Part shown: positions 1-10,363 of the stretch, piece by piece
Layout: every line of letters begins with the position of its first letter
Numbering within the stretch: the first letter of the stretch is position 1
Assembly (NCBI GenBank): GCA_021158185.1
Contig: JAGGVC010000056.1
Coordinates: 714 to 64,713, forward strand
Direction: 5' to 3'
Origin: a bacterium
GTDB taxonomy: Bacteria; 4484-113; JAGGVC01
Length of the DNA: 64,000 bases
Translations under genes and position numbers: made by a program
The notes under the pieces: generated by a model
The model's database searches: none
The model's input: the letters and a program-made list of their open reading frames with translations, nothing else
What the model was told of the DNA's origin: nothing

Positions 1-1986
1 AGCGATCCCGACAGTGGGCGGAGGCGCTTCAGCTTTCAGCTTTTGGAGGGTCAGGACGGCGAATTCTACGTTGCGCCCAGGTCGGCAAGCGGCCCCCACG
101 GGGAGTTGAGCAACAAGGTAGTTGTCGTTGCCCCTGTTCCGCCATCCGCACCCACGGGGCTTGCTGTCGAGACCGTATCCGACACTTCTGTAACGCTCAT
201 CTGGGACGAAATGCCGCCCGACGGCGAAGAGTTCAGACTTTATATGGCGGACAACGCCGAGATGACTGGAAAAAGCCGCATTACACAGTCCGGCCACACA
301 ACGCAGACTTTCACAGCGATAGATCTGTCGCCTGAAACGGAGTACTTCTTCTGTCTCACTGCGGCAAACGACGCCGGCGAAAGCGAACCGTCGGATGTCG
401 TACCGGCGACCACCGATCCATCGCCCAATGGCGATTACGATTACGAGTGGCTTTTCATGGTCTACATCGGCGGCGATAACAATCTTGCGCCGGTTGCACT
501 CATCGACATTAACGAAATGGAATTGGTCGGAAGCACCGACGATATTGCAATCGCGGTTGAAGTCGAGGCGTATTACGAAGAATCCATCGCACAACTCGAT
601 ACTGTATACCGATTCAAGGTTGTGTACGACGACAATAAGGCTGTATTCGTAAGCGACGCATACGAGAACAATATGACGTTCCCCCACGACGGATACGACA
701 GTACGGACCCTGCAAACATACTCGATTTCGCGAACTGGGCGAAAGGGGAATTCAATGCGCGCCAGGCCTGTCTCGTGCTTTGGGATCACGGTGGAAGCTG
801 GTTTCCCGGAACGGACAGAACGCCCGAAATGATCATAATGGACGATACCGAAGGAACCGAGGGCGACAACTATCTGATAGCCGAGGCGCTTGCGGATTCC
901 GATCTGGATATCATTATGTTCGATGCCTGCAACATGGGAGGCATTGAGGTTGCGGACGCGTTTGCGCCCGTTGCGGACTGGCTGATGTTCAGCGAGAACT
1001 TCGTTCCATGGGATGGCTTCAACTACGACGAGCAATTGGCGTGGCTTGCTGCAAACCCGACCTGCACACCCAAGGAGCTTTCGAACGCATTCTCAGTCAT
1101 TTATGTAGACTATTACAGGGAACTCGATGAATCCTCGGTTACGATGTCCACTTTCGATTCATCCAAGTATCCCGCGCTTAAGGAAGCTGTTATCGCATTC
1201 CGCGAAGCTTTCACGCAGATTCCCGAAGCCGATCTCGATAAATTGAGAGAGGCTAGGAGCGATGCGGAGCAATACGGATACGAAGAGGATCGCGACCTTC
1301 TACACTTCCTCGACAATTACTTGGCGCTTTCTCCCGATCCTTCGGTTCTTGATGCGGTGAACAATCTCAAGACTGCCGCGGAAGATGCCATTTATTCATC
1401 CTACTTTTTCGGATGCGAGAATGATTTCTGGGGGTATGTCGAGAATGCCAACGGGTTGATGATATGGCTGCCGGGCGCGGACAGCTACCAGTGGTCGCTC
1501 GAAGAGTACGAATCCCTTCCATTCGACCAGGATACCGTCTGGTCGGGTTTCCTCGGCGAGCTTTTGCAGATCGAACCTCCCGACACCGAGGGCGGTTTCG
1601 AAGTGGTTATGACCTGGGGAACGTATCCCGACAGGATAGACTTGCTTATGGGTGAGCCGGACGGATTCGGCGAGCGGGATTATTACTGGATATGGATGGA
1701 ATACTCGCTCAACGGCATATTCGGGCTGGATTCGTTCTTCTCCGAGGAAACCGTGGAGCGGTACAAGGCGAACGACATCGTTTACGGCGGCGATTACGCC
1801 ATCTTCGCCGATTACACAAGCTGGGATGGCTTCGAGGATGTTACCGTCGAAATATACGATGCGAACGACGATCTCTATGCAACCTACGGGCCGATAAGGG
1901 TAGACGCCGACAGCACTTGCGAAGAGCTTCCATGGGACGGTGTCGCAAAGATATGCGAATTCACAGTTCCGCTCGTCGGCGAGTAG
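1..1986 (+). CDS. Secreted FN3-domain / clostripain-like (peptidase C11) cysteine protease; 5' end lies outside the window
   Basis: The frame is open from nt 1 (track ORF 43..1986 starts at an internal TTG). FN3-like segment APTGLAVETVSDTSVTLIWDE. C11 His/Cys dyad contexts LVLWDHGGSW and IIMFDACNMGG. Confidence 0.7.
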   Translation, partial: SDPDSGRRRFSFQLLEGQDGEFYVAPRSASGPHGELSNKVVVVAPVPPSAPTGLAVETVSDTSVTLIWDEMPPDGEEFRLYMADNAEMTGKSRITQSGHTTQTFTAIDLSPETEYFFCLTAANDAGESEPSDVVPATTDPSPNGDYDYEWLFMVYIGGDNNLAPVALIDINEMELVGSTDDIAIAVEVEAYYEESIAQLDTVYRFKVVYDDNKAVFVSDAYENNMTFPHDGYDSTDPANILDFANWAKGEFNARQACLVLWDHGGSWFPGTDRTPEMIIMDDTEGTEGDNYLIAEALADSDLDIIMFDACNMGGIEVADAFAPVADWLMFSENFVPWDGFNYDEQLAWLAANPTCTPKELSNAFSVIYVDYYRELDESSVTMSTFDSSKYPALKEAVIAFREAFTQIPEADLDKLREARSDAEQYGYEEDRDLLHFLDNYLALSPDPSVLDAVNNLKTAAEDAIYSSYFFGCENDFWGYVENANGLMIWLPGADSYQWSLEEYESLPFDQDTVWSGFLGELLQIEPPDTEGGFEVVMTWGTYPDRIDLLMGEPDGFGERDYYWIWMEYSLNGIFGLDSFFSEETVERYKANDIVYGGDYAIFADYTSWDGFEDVTVEIYDANDDLYATYGPIRVDADSTCEELPWDGVAKICEFTVPLVGE

Positions 1987-2034
1987 CCGCGGCCCAGCGC
2001 CCTCACTTGTGCCGTATGCTAATATCAGGCCGTA

Positions 2035-2832
2035 TTGAGTGATCGGGATTACAAAGCAGTATCGAAGGGATTTGCCGAGCGTTTCGCAGCTGAATGGCGC
2101 ATACGCTACGTCAAGGTAGTTATTTTCGCGTCCGTCTTTTTTCTACTGCCGGGCGCTCTGATCGTGATTACCCTTTTTCTGGCAGCAACAAATATATTCG
2201 GTATTCACGACTGGGAGCTATTTTATCTTGCCAGCTGGACGGAGCTTACCGTTTTTAGCATTTTCGTCTCACTTATTGCAGTTTTCTTTATCCTTCCTTC
2301 CGGGATTATGATGATCACCGCGCCAAGGGTGCTCGCGCCCGTTGCAGCCGGCCTGATCGAAAGGCTCGATCTGCTGTTCATTCTGTTCGTGCCCATCAGG
2401 GATGAAGATTTCGTGCGAAACCGGTTTATGGAGTACATGGCCGGCGCGCCGGTGTCGGATACCAGGATAAACGAGTCCATTAGCGCACGCATCTGGTGGC
2501 TGTCCGGGCAGATGAAGCCGGAGCTTCTGCTCGGCGGAATACCGAAACACCTCGGAAGCCGCTACCCGTACCTTCCGCGCTCCCTTACTAACATCGGGCT
2601 GCCTGTCGGGCGGCTCGGAAGCATCATCGTCCGCCAGTGGTACATGTACCTCTGTCAGTTCATGTCGTGGTCTTCCTGCTGCTGTTCATCCTTCGGCTGC
2701 GGCCTTTTTCTTGTTCCTCTTCTCGTTTATCGCGTTCTGATAAATCTCCACAGCCTCGCGTTCGCCGCGGCGTATATGAAACTCCTGACGGACAAATACC
2801 CGTGGGAAGTAGGGAAGCGAAAGCGGCGGTAG
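2035..2832 (+). CDS. Hypothetical multi-pass membrane protein
   Basis: 265-aa ORF with several hydrophobic helices (VVIFASVFFLLPGALIVITLFLAA, FSIFVSLIAVFFILPSGIMMI). No recognisable family motif. Confidence 0.4.
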   Translation: MSDRDYKAVSKGFAERFAAEWRIRYVKVVIFASVFFLLPGALIVITLFLAATNIFGIHDWELFYLASWTELTVFSIFVSLIAVFFILPSGIMMITAPRVLAPVAAGLIERLDLLFILFVPIRDEDFVRNRFMEYMAGAPVSDTRINESISARIWWLSGQMKPELLLGGIPKHLGSRYPYLPRSLTNIGLPVGRLGSIIVRQWYMYLCQFMSWSSCCCSSFGCGLFLVPLLVYRVLINLHSLAFAAAYMKLLTDKYPWEVGKRKRR

Positions 2833-2911
2833 GCACTGCGATTACGCGTGGTAAACTTGACGCGCTCTCTCTATCGCTCATCTAGAGGAGTTCCCGGTTA
2901 AGGAGATCGAA

Positions 2912-5900
2912 ATGATTAGGCTAATCGACTTCAGGATTTTACGTGTGCTTCTCGCTTTCTCAATTCTGTGCATCGTGCTAAGCGCGCAAGTTGCTCTTGC
3001 GGACATTGCTGAAGAGCAGGAATCGCAGACGGACGGCGAAACATCGCAGGATGCAGATGAAGGAAATAACCCATACGGCGACAGCTATCTCGACAGCGAG
3101 ATAGACGCGATACGTATGGCGCTCTATGCGGCCAACATGGATTTCACGGATATGACGTTCAACAAGCATTACGCCAAGGGCTACGAGTGTTTGCCGATAG
3201 TGCTTGAGATGATGCACGATCCGATGCTGATCGCGCCGACGATGGACGCATATGCCACGAGCGTTATGGAGGCTGAGGATGAAATTCTGAGTCCTTTCAG
3301 GGAGCTGATTTCTTGCCTGTATTTCTTGCCGGAAAAGTCCGAGATTATCAAGAATTTAGAGATCATTTGCAAAAAAGGACTTGATGGCACTGGCCTAGCG
3401 GATTACGACGAGTTGATCGTGGCTTTAGAAGCGATCCTCGCGACAGAACTGGAGATGCCGTTCAGCGAAATCGAGCTAAAGACGCTGCGCGAAAAGCTCC
3501 CCTACCAAATGGCATGGCACGACGTGTTCGAATCGCCTTTCGACGAAGCCACGCGGGCCGAAATCGAAGCTGCAATCGAGGATGCGCCGGATAAATACCT
3601 GTACGAGCTTGCATCGAGAATGGATCTGACGGCGACGCTTGAAGCGTTCTTCAGAATGTCCGTTATAGACATTGAAGCCTTGAGCAACTCGAAATTCGAC
3701 AGCTTCCCCGCGGACGAGCCGCTTATCGTGGATACCGAGCACGGGCGGATCTGCCTCGGCACACTCGGCGACGATTATTACGAAGGCGATTTTGCGCTGA
3801 TGATCGAGCCTGGCGGGAACGACGTTTACAGGAACTGCAGGATCGGCGCAGCATTCGGCGCGCCAGCGGACGGTCTCGGCGACGGGCGAATCGGTCTCTT
3901 CGTGGATTTCTCCGGCGACGATTTCTACGACTGCGGCGAAACCAACATCACGCTCGGCGCAGCGGTGCTCGGAGTAGCTGCGTTCTATGACCTCGGAAGC
4001 GGGAACGACAGGTACGTCGCGGGGAGTCTGACGCTCGGCGCGGCGGTCGCGGGCATCGCCACTTTCTACGACGACGGGGGAAGCGATTCGTACGAGGGCA
4101 AGGTCTTCACAGAGGGAGCGGCGGGTTTCGGCATAGGGCTTATGATCGACGATTCGGTGAATCCCGCACCCGATTTCCCTACCGATGTTGAAACGCCCGA
4201 TCCGATCAGAATCGAAGTATTCGACAACGACAGATACCACGCCTGGACGAATTCGCAGGCGTTCGCACGCACGCGCGGGATCGCGATCTGCCAGAACAAG
4301 CGCGGCAACGAAATCTACGAGGCTGGCGGCGTGTATCTGCACGCACCGCTGTTCGCCGACCGCTACCAGAGCTTCAGCCAGGGCTTCGCTATCGGCGAGC
4401 GCGGCATCGACTACGCCGGGGGCATCGCGTTCATCATCGACTTCGACGGGAACGACCGCTACCTGGGCGACATCTACAACCAGGGCGTGGGGTACTGGTA
4501 CAGCGCAGGGCTGCTCTGGGACGGCGGCGGGAACGACAGCTACGAGATGACGCAGTACGGCCAGGGAAGCGGCATCCACCTTGCCATCGGCGGGCTCGTG
4601 GATGTCGGCGGGAACGATACCTACGTTATGCACAGCGGGCTCGGACAGGGCGGAAGCCACGATTTCGCCGCAAGTATCCTCCACGACCGCGGCGGCAACG
4701 ACCACTACATGGGAATGACGAGTTGCAACGGCAGCGGGCTGACGAACAGCGTCGGCATTCATATCGACAGGAGCGGCAACGATACTTACGCGGGACGCCG
4801 CAACAGCGGAGTCAATTTCGGCAGGCCCGCGCGCGGGTTTTCGAGCATCGGCATCCTCGTCGATCTCGCGGGCGCGGATGATTACCTCGGAATAATGAAC
4901 GACGGCGATTTCTGGCGGCACACGGAAATCGGCGTAGGCTGGGACATCGCGCCGCCGTCCGCGCCCGAACCCGAAGCAGCACCGGCAGCGGCTGAACCTG
5001 CCGAAATCCCGGTCGAGATTCCCGAAATCTGCTTCTACGAGGGCGAGCTGAATCAGGAAGTGTTCGACGAGCTCTGGGAAATTTCGATTCGCTGGGAAGT
5101 GGGCGACAACCGATATATCGTGCCCGAAGCGCGGCAGAGGCTTATCGAATTTGGCGCGGCGGCTCTTCCGTACATGTCCGAAGAGATGGACAACAGCGCT
5201 TCGAGCCTTGCATTTCGCGCATACGATTTCATTTTTAGGGCGTTGATCGAAAAGGGCGCGCGCGCGGAAGTAATCGCTGTCGTGCTCGAAAACGCTGAGT
5301 CGGATAATGAAACGAGGCGGCGCATAGCGCTCTACCTCATCGGCTCTCAAAAGCTTACCGAGCTTGAGGACGTTGTCGTGGGCTTCCTCGAATCCGACGA
5401 TGATTCGATGATGAGGCGCGCTATCGGCGTCATCGCGCAGCTCGAAAGCCATACAGCGGACGAAATGCTCATCGGGTTCATTTCGCCGGACGAAGACGAG
5501 ATGAAAATCAGGGCTGCGATGACGACGCTTATGTCGCTCGAAGCGGACTGCTACGATTCGATGCGCCCGCTCCTGGATCATCCGCTGATGAGCATCCGCG
5601 ATTCGCTCACTAGGCTTCTGGCCGCGCACTGGGAGATGTACGGCGCGCGCGCGCGCGCGGATATCGCGTACGCCGCACAAGTGCAGATTGCAGGTGTTGC
5701 GAATAATGAGGTCGATAGGACGGATTCCGCGCTGTCATCTCGTGCGCTTCGCACACTTCTAGACACGCTTACGAGGGTGAGCGAGCCGCCGGACGCCGAG
5801 CTTGCGGATGCCGTGGCGTCGCTTCTCGATTCGGATGATTGGGGGATGCGTGCGGACGCTGCGCGCGTGATCCGCTACTGGCAGACGCTGCCTGGCACCG

Positions 5901-5995
5901 ATTGGGAAGTGCTCAAGCCCGTACTCGCAAAGCTCCGCGAGATGCTCACAAACGAGGATGAGCCGTATGTAAAGTTTGCTGGTGAGCAGAAGTAA
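2912..5995 (+). CDS. Secreted repeat protein: about 12 GGxDxY-type repeats (beta-helix-like) plus a C-terminal HEAT-like helical repeat region
   Basis: AAGGAG lies 6 nt upstream of the ATG. Signal peptide LLAFSILCIVLSAQVALA-D. Repeats include GGNDVYRN, SGDDFYDC, SGNDRYVAG, GGSDSYEG, GNDRYLG, GGNDSYEM, GGNDTYVM, GGNDHYMG, SGNDTYAG and GADDYLG. The C-terminal ~330 aa are alpha-helical and HEAT-like. Confidence 0.6.
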   Translation: MIRLIDFRILRVLLAFSILCIVLSAQVALADIAEEQESQTDGETSQDADEGNNPYGDSYLDSEIDAIRMALYAANMDFTDMTFNKHYAKGYECLPIVLEMMHDPMLIAPTMDAYATSVMEAEDEILSPFRELISCLYFLPEKSEIIKNLEIICKKGLDGTGLADYDELIVALEAILATELEMPFSEIELKTLREKLPYQMAWHDVFESPFDEATRAEIEAAIEDAPDKYLYELASRMDLTATLEAFFRMSVIDIEALSNSKFDSFPADEPLIVDTEHGRICLGTLGDDYYEGDFALMIEPGGNDVYRNCRIGAAFGAPADGLGDGRIGLFVDFSGDDFYDCGETNITLGAAVLGVAAFYDLGSGNDRYVAGSLTLGAAVAGIATFYDDGGSDSYEGKVFTEGAAGFGIGLMIDDSVNPAPDFPTDVETPDPIRIEVFDNDRYHAWTNSQAFARTRGIAICQNKRGNEIYEAGGVYLHAPLFADRYQSFSQGFAIGERGIDYAGGIAFIIDFDGNDRYLGDIYNQGVGYWYSAGLLWDGGGNDSYEMTQYGQGSGIHLAIGGLVDVGGNDTYVMHSGLGQGGSHDFAASILHDRGGNDHYMGMTSCNGSGLTNSVGIHIDRSGNDTYAGRRNSGVNFGRPARGFSSIGILVDLAGADDYLGIMNDGDFWRHTEIGVGWDIAPPSAPEPEAAPAAAEPAEIPVEIPEICFYEGELNQEVFDELWEISIRWEVGDNRYIVPEARQRLIEFGAAALPYMSEEMDNSASSLAFRAYDFIFRALIEKGARAEVIAVVLENAESDNETRRRIALYLIGSQKLTELEDVVVGFLESDDDSMMRRAIGVIAQLESHTADEMLIGFISPDEDEMKIRAAMTTLMSLEADCYDSMRPLLDHPLMSIRDSLTRLLAAHWEMYGARARADIAYAAQVQIAGVANNEVDRTDSALSSRALRTLLDTLTRVSEPPDAELADAVASLLDSDDWGMRADAARVIRYWQTLPGTDWEVLKPVLAKLREMLTNEDEPYVKFAGEQK

Positions 5996-6096
5996 GTGCT
6001 GGAAGCTCCGATGCAAACGCTGTTTTCGGGCAGGAGGCAATTGCCTAGTAAACGGCGTACTGTAGAGCGGGACTGCAATCGAAACGGAGGTGGGCT

Positions 6097-7362
6097 TTGA
6101 AGCTTACGCCTGATGAACGGAAGATGCTTGAGGGAGGGTACGGAGCTGCGAAGGCGCGCGCCCTCGATTACATAATCCAGTTCGGCGAAGCGTTCGATGC
6201 GGAGCGGCTCGTGGACGTGATTTACGTGCATTACCCCGCAGAAATGAGCATTTATAAAGGCCTCGTCGAAGACCTGCTCGAATACGCAGAGACGGGCGCG
6301 ACGGTCGCAGTGCCGACGACGACATCCACGCTCGCCTGCGACCTGGAACAATGGGACAGGCTAGGCTGCCCGGCGCCCGTTCACGACCTGCAGGCGAAAG
6401 CCGTAGCAGCGCATCGGAAGATGGGAATGGCCTGTACGTACACCTGCACGCCCCAATTCCTCGGCTACGTCCCTCCCAAAGGGAGCTACATAATAAGCGT
6501 CGAAAGCTCGGCCATAATCTACTTCAACTCGGTGCTCGGCGCACGCACGAACCGAGGCGGGCATCTGACCAGGTATTCGGCGATAACCGGGAAGTACCCG
6601 CTGATAGGGTACTTGCTCGACGAGAACCGCAGGGGCACGCATCTGATCAGGGTCAAGCTTGCGCCTGAGGAATTAAGGCACGACTGCGACTACTCCGCGC
6701 TGGGATTCGCCGTCGGCAGAATCGTAGGCAGCCAGGTGCCCATTTTCGATTTCCTGGGTACGCCGACGCAGACTTCCTTGCTGGCACTGGGCGCAGCGCT
6801 CGCAACATCAGGTTCGGTCGCACTGTTCCACGCTCCGCCGCACACCGCAGAGGCGAAAACCGTGGACGAAGCGTTCCAAGGAGCAAAGCCCGTAGAGGTG
6901 CACGAAATCACAAAATCTAGTATCGATGCGGCTTTTCAGGCGATGACCACGATAGCGCCAGGCGACGAAATAGATTTCGTCACGCTCGGCTGCCCGCACT
7001 ACAACCTCGAACAGATCAGGTATGTCGCGGAGTTTTTCCGCTCGACAGGCGAAAAGGTCAATCCCGGTGTGCGTTTGTGGATCTGTACGAATCGCATGAC
7101 GAAGCAGGCGGCGGCCTGGGAAGGCTACACGCGGATAATCGAGGATGCAGGCGGTTTCGTCGTTTGCGACACCTGTCCTGTGGAAAGTCATATGCGAATC
7201 TCGACGTGCAGGGAGCATGGGCTCAGTGTTCCGCAGATAAGAGCGATGGTCACGGACAGCTTCAAGATGGCCAGGTACGTCCGCGATCTAATCGGGTGTG
7301 AGACTGCGATTCGTGATCGCGATTCATGCCTCAAGGCCGCGATTTCGGGGAGAATGTCATGA
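6097..7362 (+). CDS. Aconitase X catalytic (large) subunit, DUF521 family
   Basis: N-terminus MKLTPDERKMLEGGYGAAKARALDYIIQFGEAFDAERLVDV is typical of DUF521/AcnX. GGAGG lies upstream of the TTG start. It is followed by a DUF126 gene. Confidence 0.75.
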   Translation: MKLTPDERKMLEGGYGAAKARALDYIIQFGEAFDAERLVDVIYVHYPAEMSIYKGLVEDLLEYAETGATVAVPTTTSTLACDLEQWDRLGCPAPVHDLQAKAVAAHRKMGMACTYTCTPQFLGYVPPKGSYIISVESSAIIYFNSVLGARTNRGGHLTRYSAITGKYPLIGYLLDENRRGTHLIRVKLAPEELRHDCDYSALGFAVGRIVGSQVPIFDFLGTPTQTSLLALGAALATSGSVALFHAPPHTAEAKTVDEAFQGAKPVEVHEITKSSIDAAFQAMTTIAPGDEIDFVTLGCPHYNLEQIRYVAEFFRSTGEKVNPGVRLWICTNRMTKQAAAWEGYTRIIEDAGGFVVCDTCPVESHMRISTCREHGLSVPQIRAMVTDSFKMARYVRDLIGCETAIRDRDSCLKAAISGRMS

Positions 7363-7461
7363 AAAATGGGCTGAAAAACGATCGATCGCGGGTTTTTCGG
7401 GCAATTATTTGCATTTCGCGCCCCGCGATTACGTATGACCGCAAAAGGACGGCGGTGTGAT

Positions 7462-7881
7462 ATGGCTGACAGAATCGTAAAAGCGAAGGGAATGATTCGG
7501 GGCGAGGCCGCGGGCGAGGCGCTCGTATGCCACAAGGCGTTCTCGTTTCTGGGCGACGTCGATATGGACACGGGCGTCATCATCGCGCGCGGGCACGAGC
7601 ACGAGGGCGTATCCATCGCAGGACGCGTGATGATCTATCCCGAAACGAAGGGCTCAAGCGGCGGCTGCATCGTACTCATGGTGCTTGCAAAGCTCGACAA
7701 GCAGCCAGCTGCAATCGTGCTGATGAAGCCAGCAGATCCGAACATAGTCGAAGGCGCGATCCTTTGCGGGATTCCGCTTCTCTCAGAACCCGACGAGGAC
7801 CTGCTCGCCGCAGTGCCGAACGGTACAACCGTGACCGTAAACGGCACAACGGGCGAGATAAGGTGGCGGAAAGCTACATAA
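7462..7881 (+). CDS. Aconitase X swivel (small) subunit, DUF126 family
   Basis: KAKGMIRGEAAGEALVCHKAFSFLGDVDMDTGVII matches the DUF126 pattern. The track ORF starts at 7435; the in-frame ATG at 7462 has a GGA-rich region upstream. Confidence 0.7.
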   Translation: MADRIVKAKGMIRGEAAGEALVCHKAFSFLGDVDMDTGVIIARGHEHEGVSIAGRVMIYPETKGSSGGCIVLMVLAKLDKQPAAIVLMKPADPNIVEGAILCGIPLLSEPDEDLLAAVPNGTTVTVNGTTGEIRWRKAT

Positions 7882-7901
7882 AAAATCAATCAGCGGATCC
7901 T

Positions 7902-9719
7902 CTAATGCCCGCTGTCTACGGCTTTCTGCACCTGAAGGAGAAGCTCGACGTTCGATTTGGTCTTGAGAAGCTTGTTGATCAGGCGGCTCATCCGCTCTGC
8001 CTCGTCCATCTCGGAGATCATCTTGCGGAGCTGCCACAGGCACTCCATTTCCTCGGCGTTGTAAAGGAGTTCCTCGTGGCGCGTGCCGCTCTTCAGAAGG
8101 TCGACCGCAGGAAAGATACGCTTATCGGCAAGCTCGCGTATAAGATGGACTTCGCTGTTGGCAGTGCCCTTGAATTCCTCGTAGATGATGTCGTCAAGAC
8201 GGCTTCCGGTTTCGATGAGCGCAGTCGAAATAATGGTGAGGCTTCCGCCACCTTCAATATTTCGTGCAGCTCCGAGGAAGCGCTTGGGCTTGTAGAGAGA
8301 GTTCGGGTCGAGACCGCCCGATAGTGTCTTTCCGCTGGGCGGGCAGGTCAGGTTGTAGCTTCGTGCAAGCCTCGTCAAGCTGTCGAGCAGGATCATTACG
8401 TCGAATCCCTGCTCAACACGCCGCTTAGCGTATTCGATCGTAAGCTCCGCAGTTTGGATGTGGTTTTCCGGCTTCTCATCAAATGTCGATGAAATGACGA
8501 GCCCGTCGATATTCCTCTCGAAGTCCGTTACCTCTTCGGGACGCTCGTCGATCAAAAGCGCGATAAGCTCGATATCCGGATGGTTATTTGCAATGGCGGC
8601 AGCGATCTTCTTGAGCATCACGGTTTTGCCGGCCTTGGGCTTTGCGACGATGATGCATCGCTGGCCGCGCCCTATCGGGCTGAACAGGTCGAGAAGCCGC
8701 GTGCTTATTTCGTACTGTTCGCTTTCGAGGTAAAGCCGCTGGTCGGGGTACACTGGGACCAGCTTCTCAAACGGCCTGGGCACCACGTATTGATCGGGCG
8801 GAAGCTCGTTGATGCGCTCGATCTTGATAAGGCTCTTGTAGCGCTCCTGGTCGCGCGGCGGGCGTACGGTACCTGCAACGACATCGCCGGTTTTGAGTGC
8901 GAACTTCTTAATCTGGCTAATGCTGACGTAGATGTCTTCCTCGCCGAGCTTGAATTCCTTTTGGCGTACGAATCCGTATGTGCCTTCGGGGTGTATATCC
9001 AGGACGCCCTTCTGCAACTCGCCCTCGACCGGAACCGATGGAGGCACGGCTACTCCGCGCCTTACATAATCCTGCGTCGGTCGGGGCTTAATTTCGATAC
9101 GTTCCTCGCGCGGCGCTTGAATCTGTTCTTGGTACGTTTCAGGCTCTCGCGCTTCCTGTGGTTTGAACGTGCTTTCCATACCGCGCTCGGTACGATCGAA
9201 TGTTCTTGCGCTGTTTTGTGCTTGCGGTTCGTATCTGGGGCGCACTGTCGGACGTCTAACTTCGTCCCTTTTGATCTCAGGCTTGGCGGGAACTTCTTTC
9301 GCGGGCCTAATCGGCGGAGCAGATTCCCTGAAGGCGCGCTGATCGCTCGCGGCAAAGTCTCTGCCGAAGCCCGTTGAACGAATTCCTTCCTGCTTGGGTT
9401 CATCCTTGTATTCCGTATCGGGACGCTCTAACTTTTTCGCATACTTTTCTTCGAGCTCTTCTTCATCTTCTTCGGTATCGGGATCGCCGAAGGCAAGAGG
9501 TGTAACTGGTTTGAGCGGTGACGAGAGATCCTTGGGCACGCTTGCAATAGTGATCTCGACATGCCGGTGCATAGCCTTTTCAAAATCCAGAATCTCCTCG
9601 ATAATGTCGTGCTTTTTTAGCTTACGGTAGTTCTTGATGCTGCGCTCCTTGGCAAGCTCGTAAAGATCGTTAAGCGTCATCGATTCCAAAGCTTCGTAAT
9701 CAAGCGGTTTATTAGCCAT
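7902..9719 (-). CDS. rho: Transcription termination factor Rho with a long charged N-terminal insertion
   Basis: Rho N-terminal motif [29 protein letters not shown]. Cold-shock-like RNA-binding segment [16 protein letters not shown]. Walker [10 protein letters not shown]-terminal [17 protein letters not shown]. Confidence 0.95.
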   Translation of the reverse strand: MANKPLDYEALESMTLNDLYELAKERSIKNYRKLKKHDIIEEILDFEKAMHRHVEITIASVPKDLSSPLKPVTPLAFGDPDTEEDEEELEEKYAKKLERPDTEYKDEPKQEGIRSTGFGRDFAASDQRAFRESAPPIRPAKEVPAKPEIKRDEVRRPTVRPRYEPQAQNSARTFDRTERGMESTFKPQEAREPETYQEQIQAPREERIEIKPRPTQDYVRRGVAVPPSVPVEGELQKGVLDIHPEGTYGFVRQKEFKLGEEDIYVSISQIKKFALKTGDVVAGTVRPPRDQERYKSLIKIERINELPPDQYVVPRPFEKLVPVYPDQRLYLESEQYEISTRLLDLFSPIGRGQRCIIVAKPKAGKTVMLKKIAAAIANNHPDIELIALLIDERPEEVTDFERNIDGLVISSTFDEKPENHIQTAELTIEYAKRRVEQGFDVMILLDSLTRLARSYNLTCPPSGKTLSGGLDPNSLYKPKRFLGAARNIEGGGSLTIISTALIETGSRLDDIIYEEFKGTANSEVHLIRELADKRIFPAVDLLKSGTRHEELLYNAEEMECLWQLRKMISEMDEAERMSRLINKLLKTKSNVELLLQVQKAVDSGH

Positions 9720-9751
9720 TTTTCACTCCATAATACAAACAGTATTCGTTA

Positions 9752-10279
9752 TCAGTTGATAGCGTAGATGTCCTTGAACTGGCGGTATTTATGTTCAAAA
9801 TCCAGACCGTATCCCACTACGTAATGATCCGGAATAACAAAACCAACATAATCCAGCTCCAAATCAACTTTGCGTCTGTGGGGGCGATCCAGAAAACTTG
9901 CAAGCGCCAGGCTTGCTACTTTGCGGGTTTTGAGGTTGCGCTCTATGTAATGGAGCGTCAACCCGGTGTCTATTATATCCTCAATTACGAGAACATGTCT
10001 ACTTTCTATGTCTTCATCGAGATCTTTTGTGAATCGGACAACCCCGCTCGATTCGGTGCCGCGGTAGCTTGAAACCGAAAGGAAGTCGAAAGTAACCGGC
10101 AATGTAAGCTCCCTGACAAGATCTGCGAGGAAATACACCCCGCCTTTCAGGACGCAGATTATGTGAAGTTCTTTGCCCTCATAGTCGGCGCTGATCTCGC
10201 GTCCGAGTTCGCTAACCCTGCGCGCTATCTCGTTTTCATCCAGCAAAAGCCTGAAATGCCGCGGTACACTTAATGTCAT
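9752..10279 (-). CDS. hpt: Hypoxanthine phosphoribosyltransferase
   Basis: HIICVLKGGVYFLADLVREL and the PRPP-binding motif VLVIEDIIDTGLTL. Confidence 0.9.
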   Translation of the reverse strand: MTLSVPRHFRLLLDENEIARRVSELGREISADYEGKELHIICVLKGGVYFLADLVRELTLPVTFDFLSVSSYRGTESSGVVRFTKDLDEDIESRHVLVIEDIIDTGLTLHYIERNLKTRKVASLALASFLDRPHRRKVDLELDYVGFVIPDHYVVGYGLDFEHKYRQFKDIYAIN

Positions 10280-10363
10280 AGCCGCTCACCGATCCCGTCG
10301 AAGATCCTGAATACCAGATTTAGCCTGCGTTTTCCGACAGTCATATGTCAATCTCCAATATAG

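Noticed and set aside
3476-5680. 734-aa minus-strand ORF antisense to the repeat-protein gene
   Set aside because: It lies entirely inside the 2912..5995 CDS, which has an SD, a signal peptide and regular repeats. The antisense product is Arg/Ala/Val-rich low-complexity sequence typical of shadow ORFs in GC-rich repetitive coding DNA.
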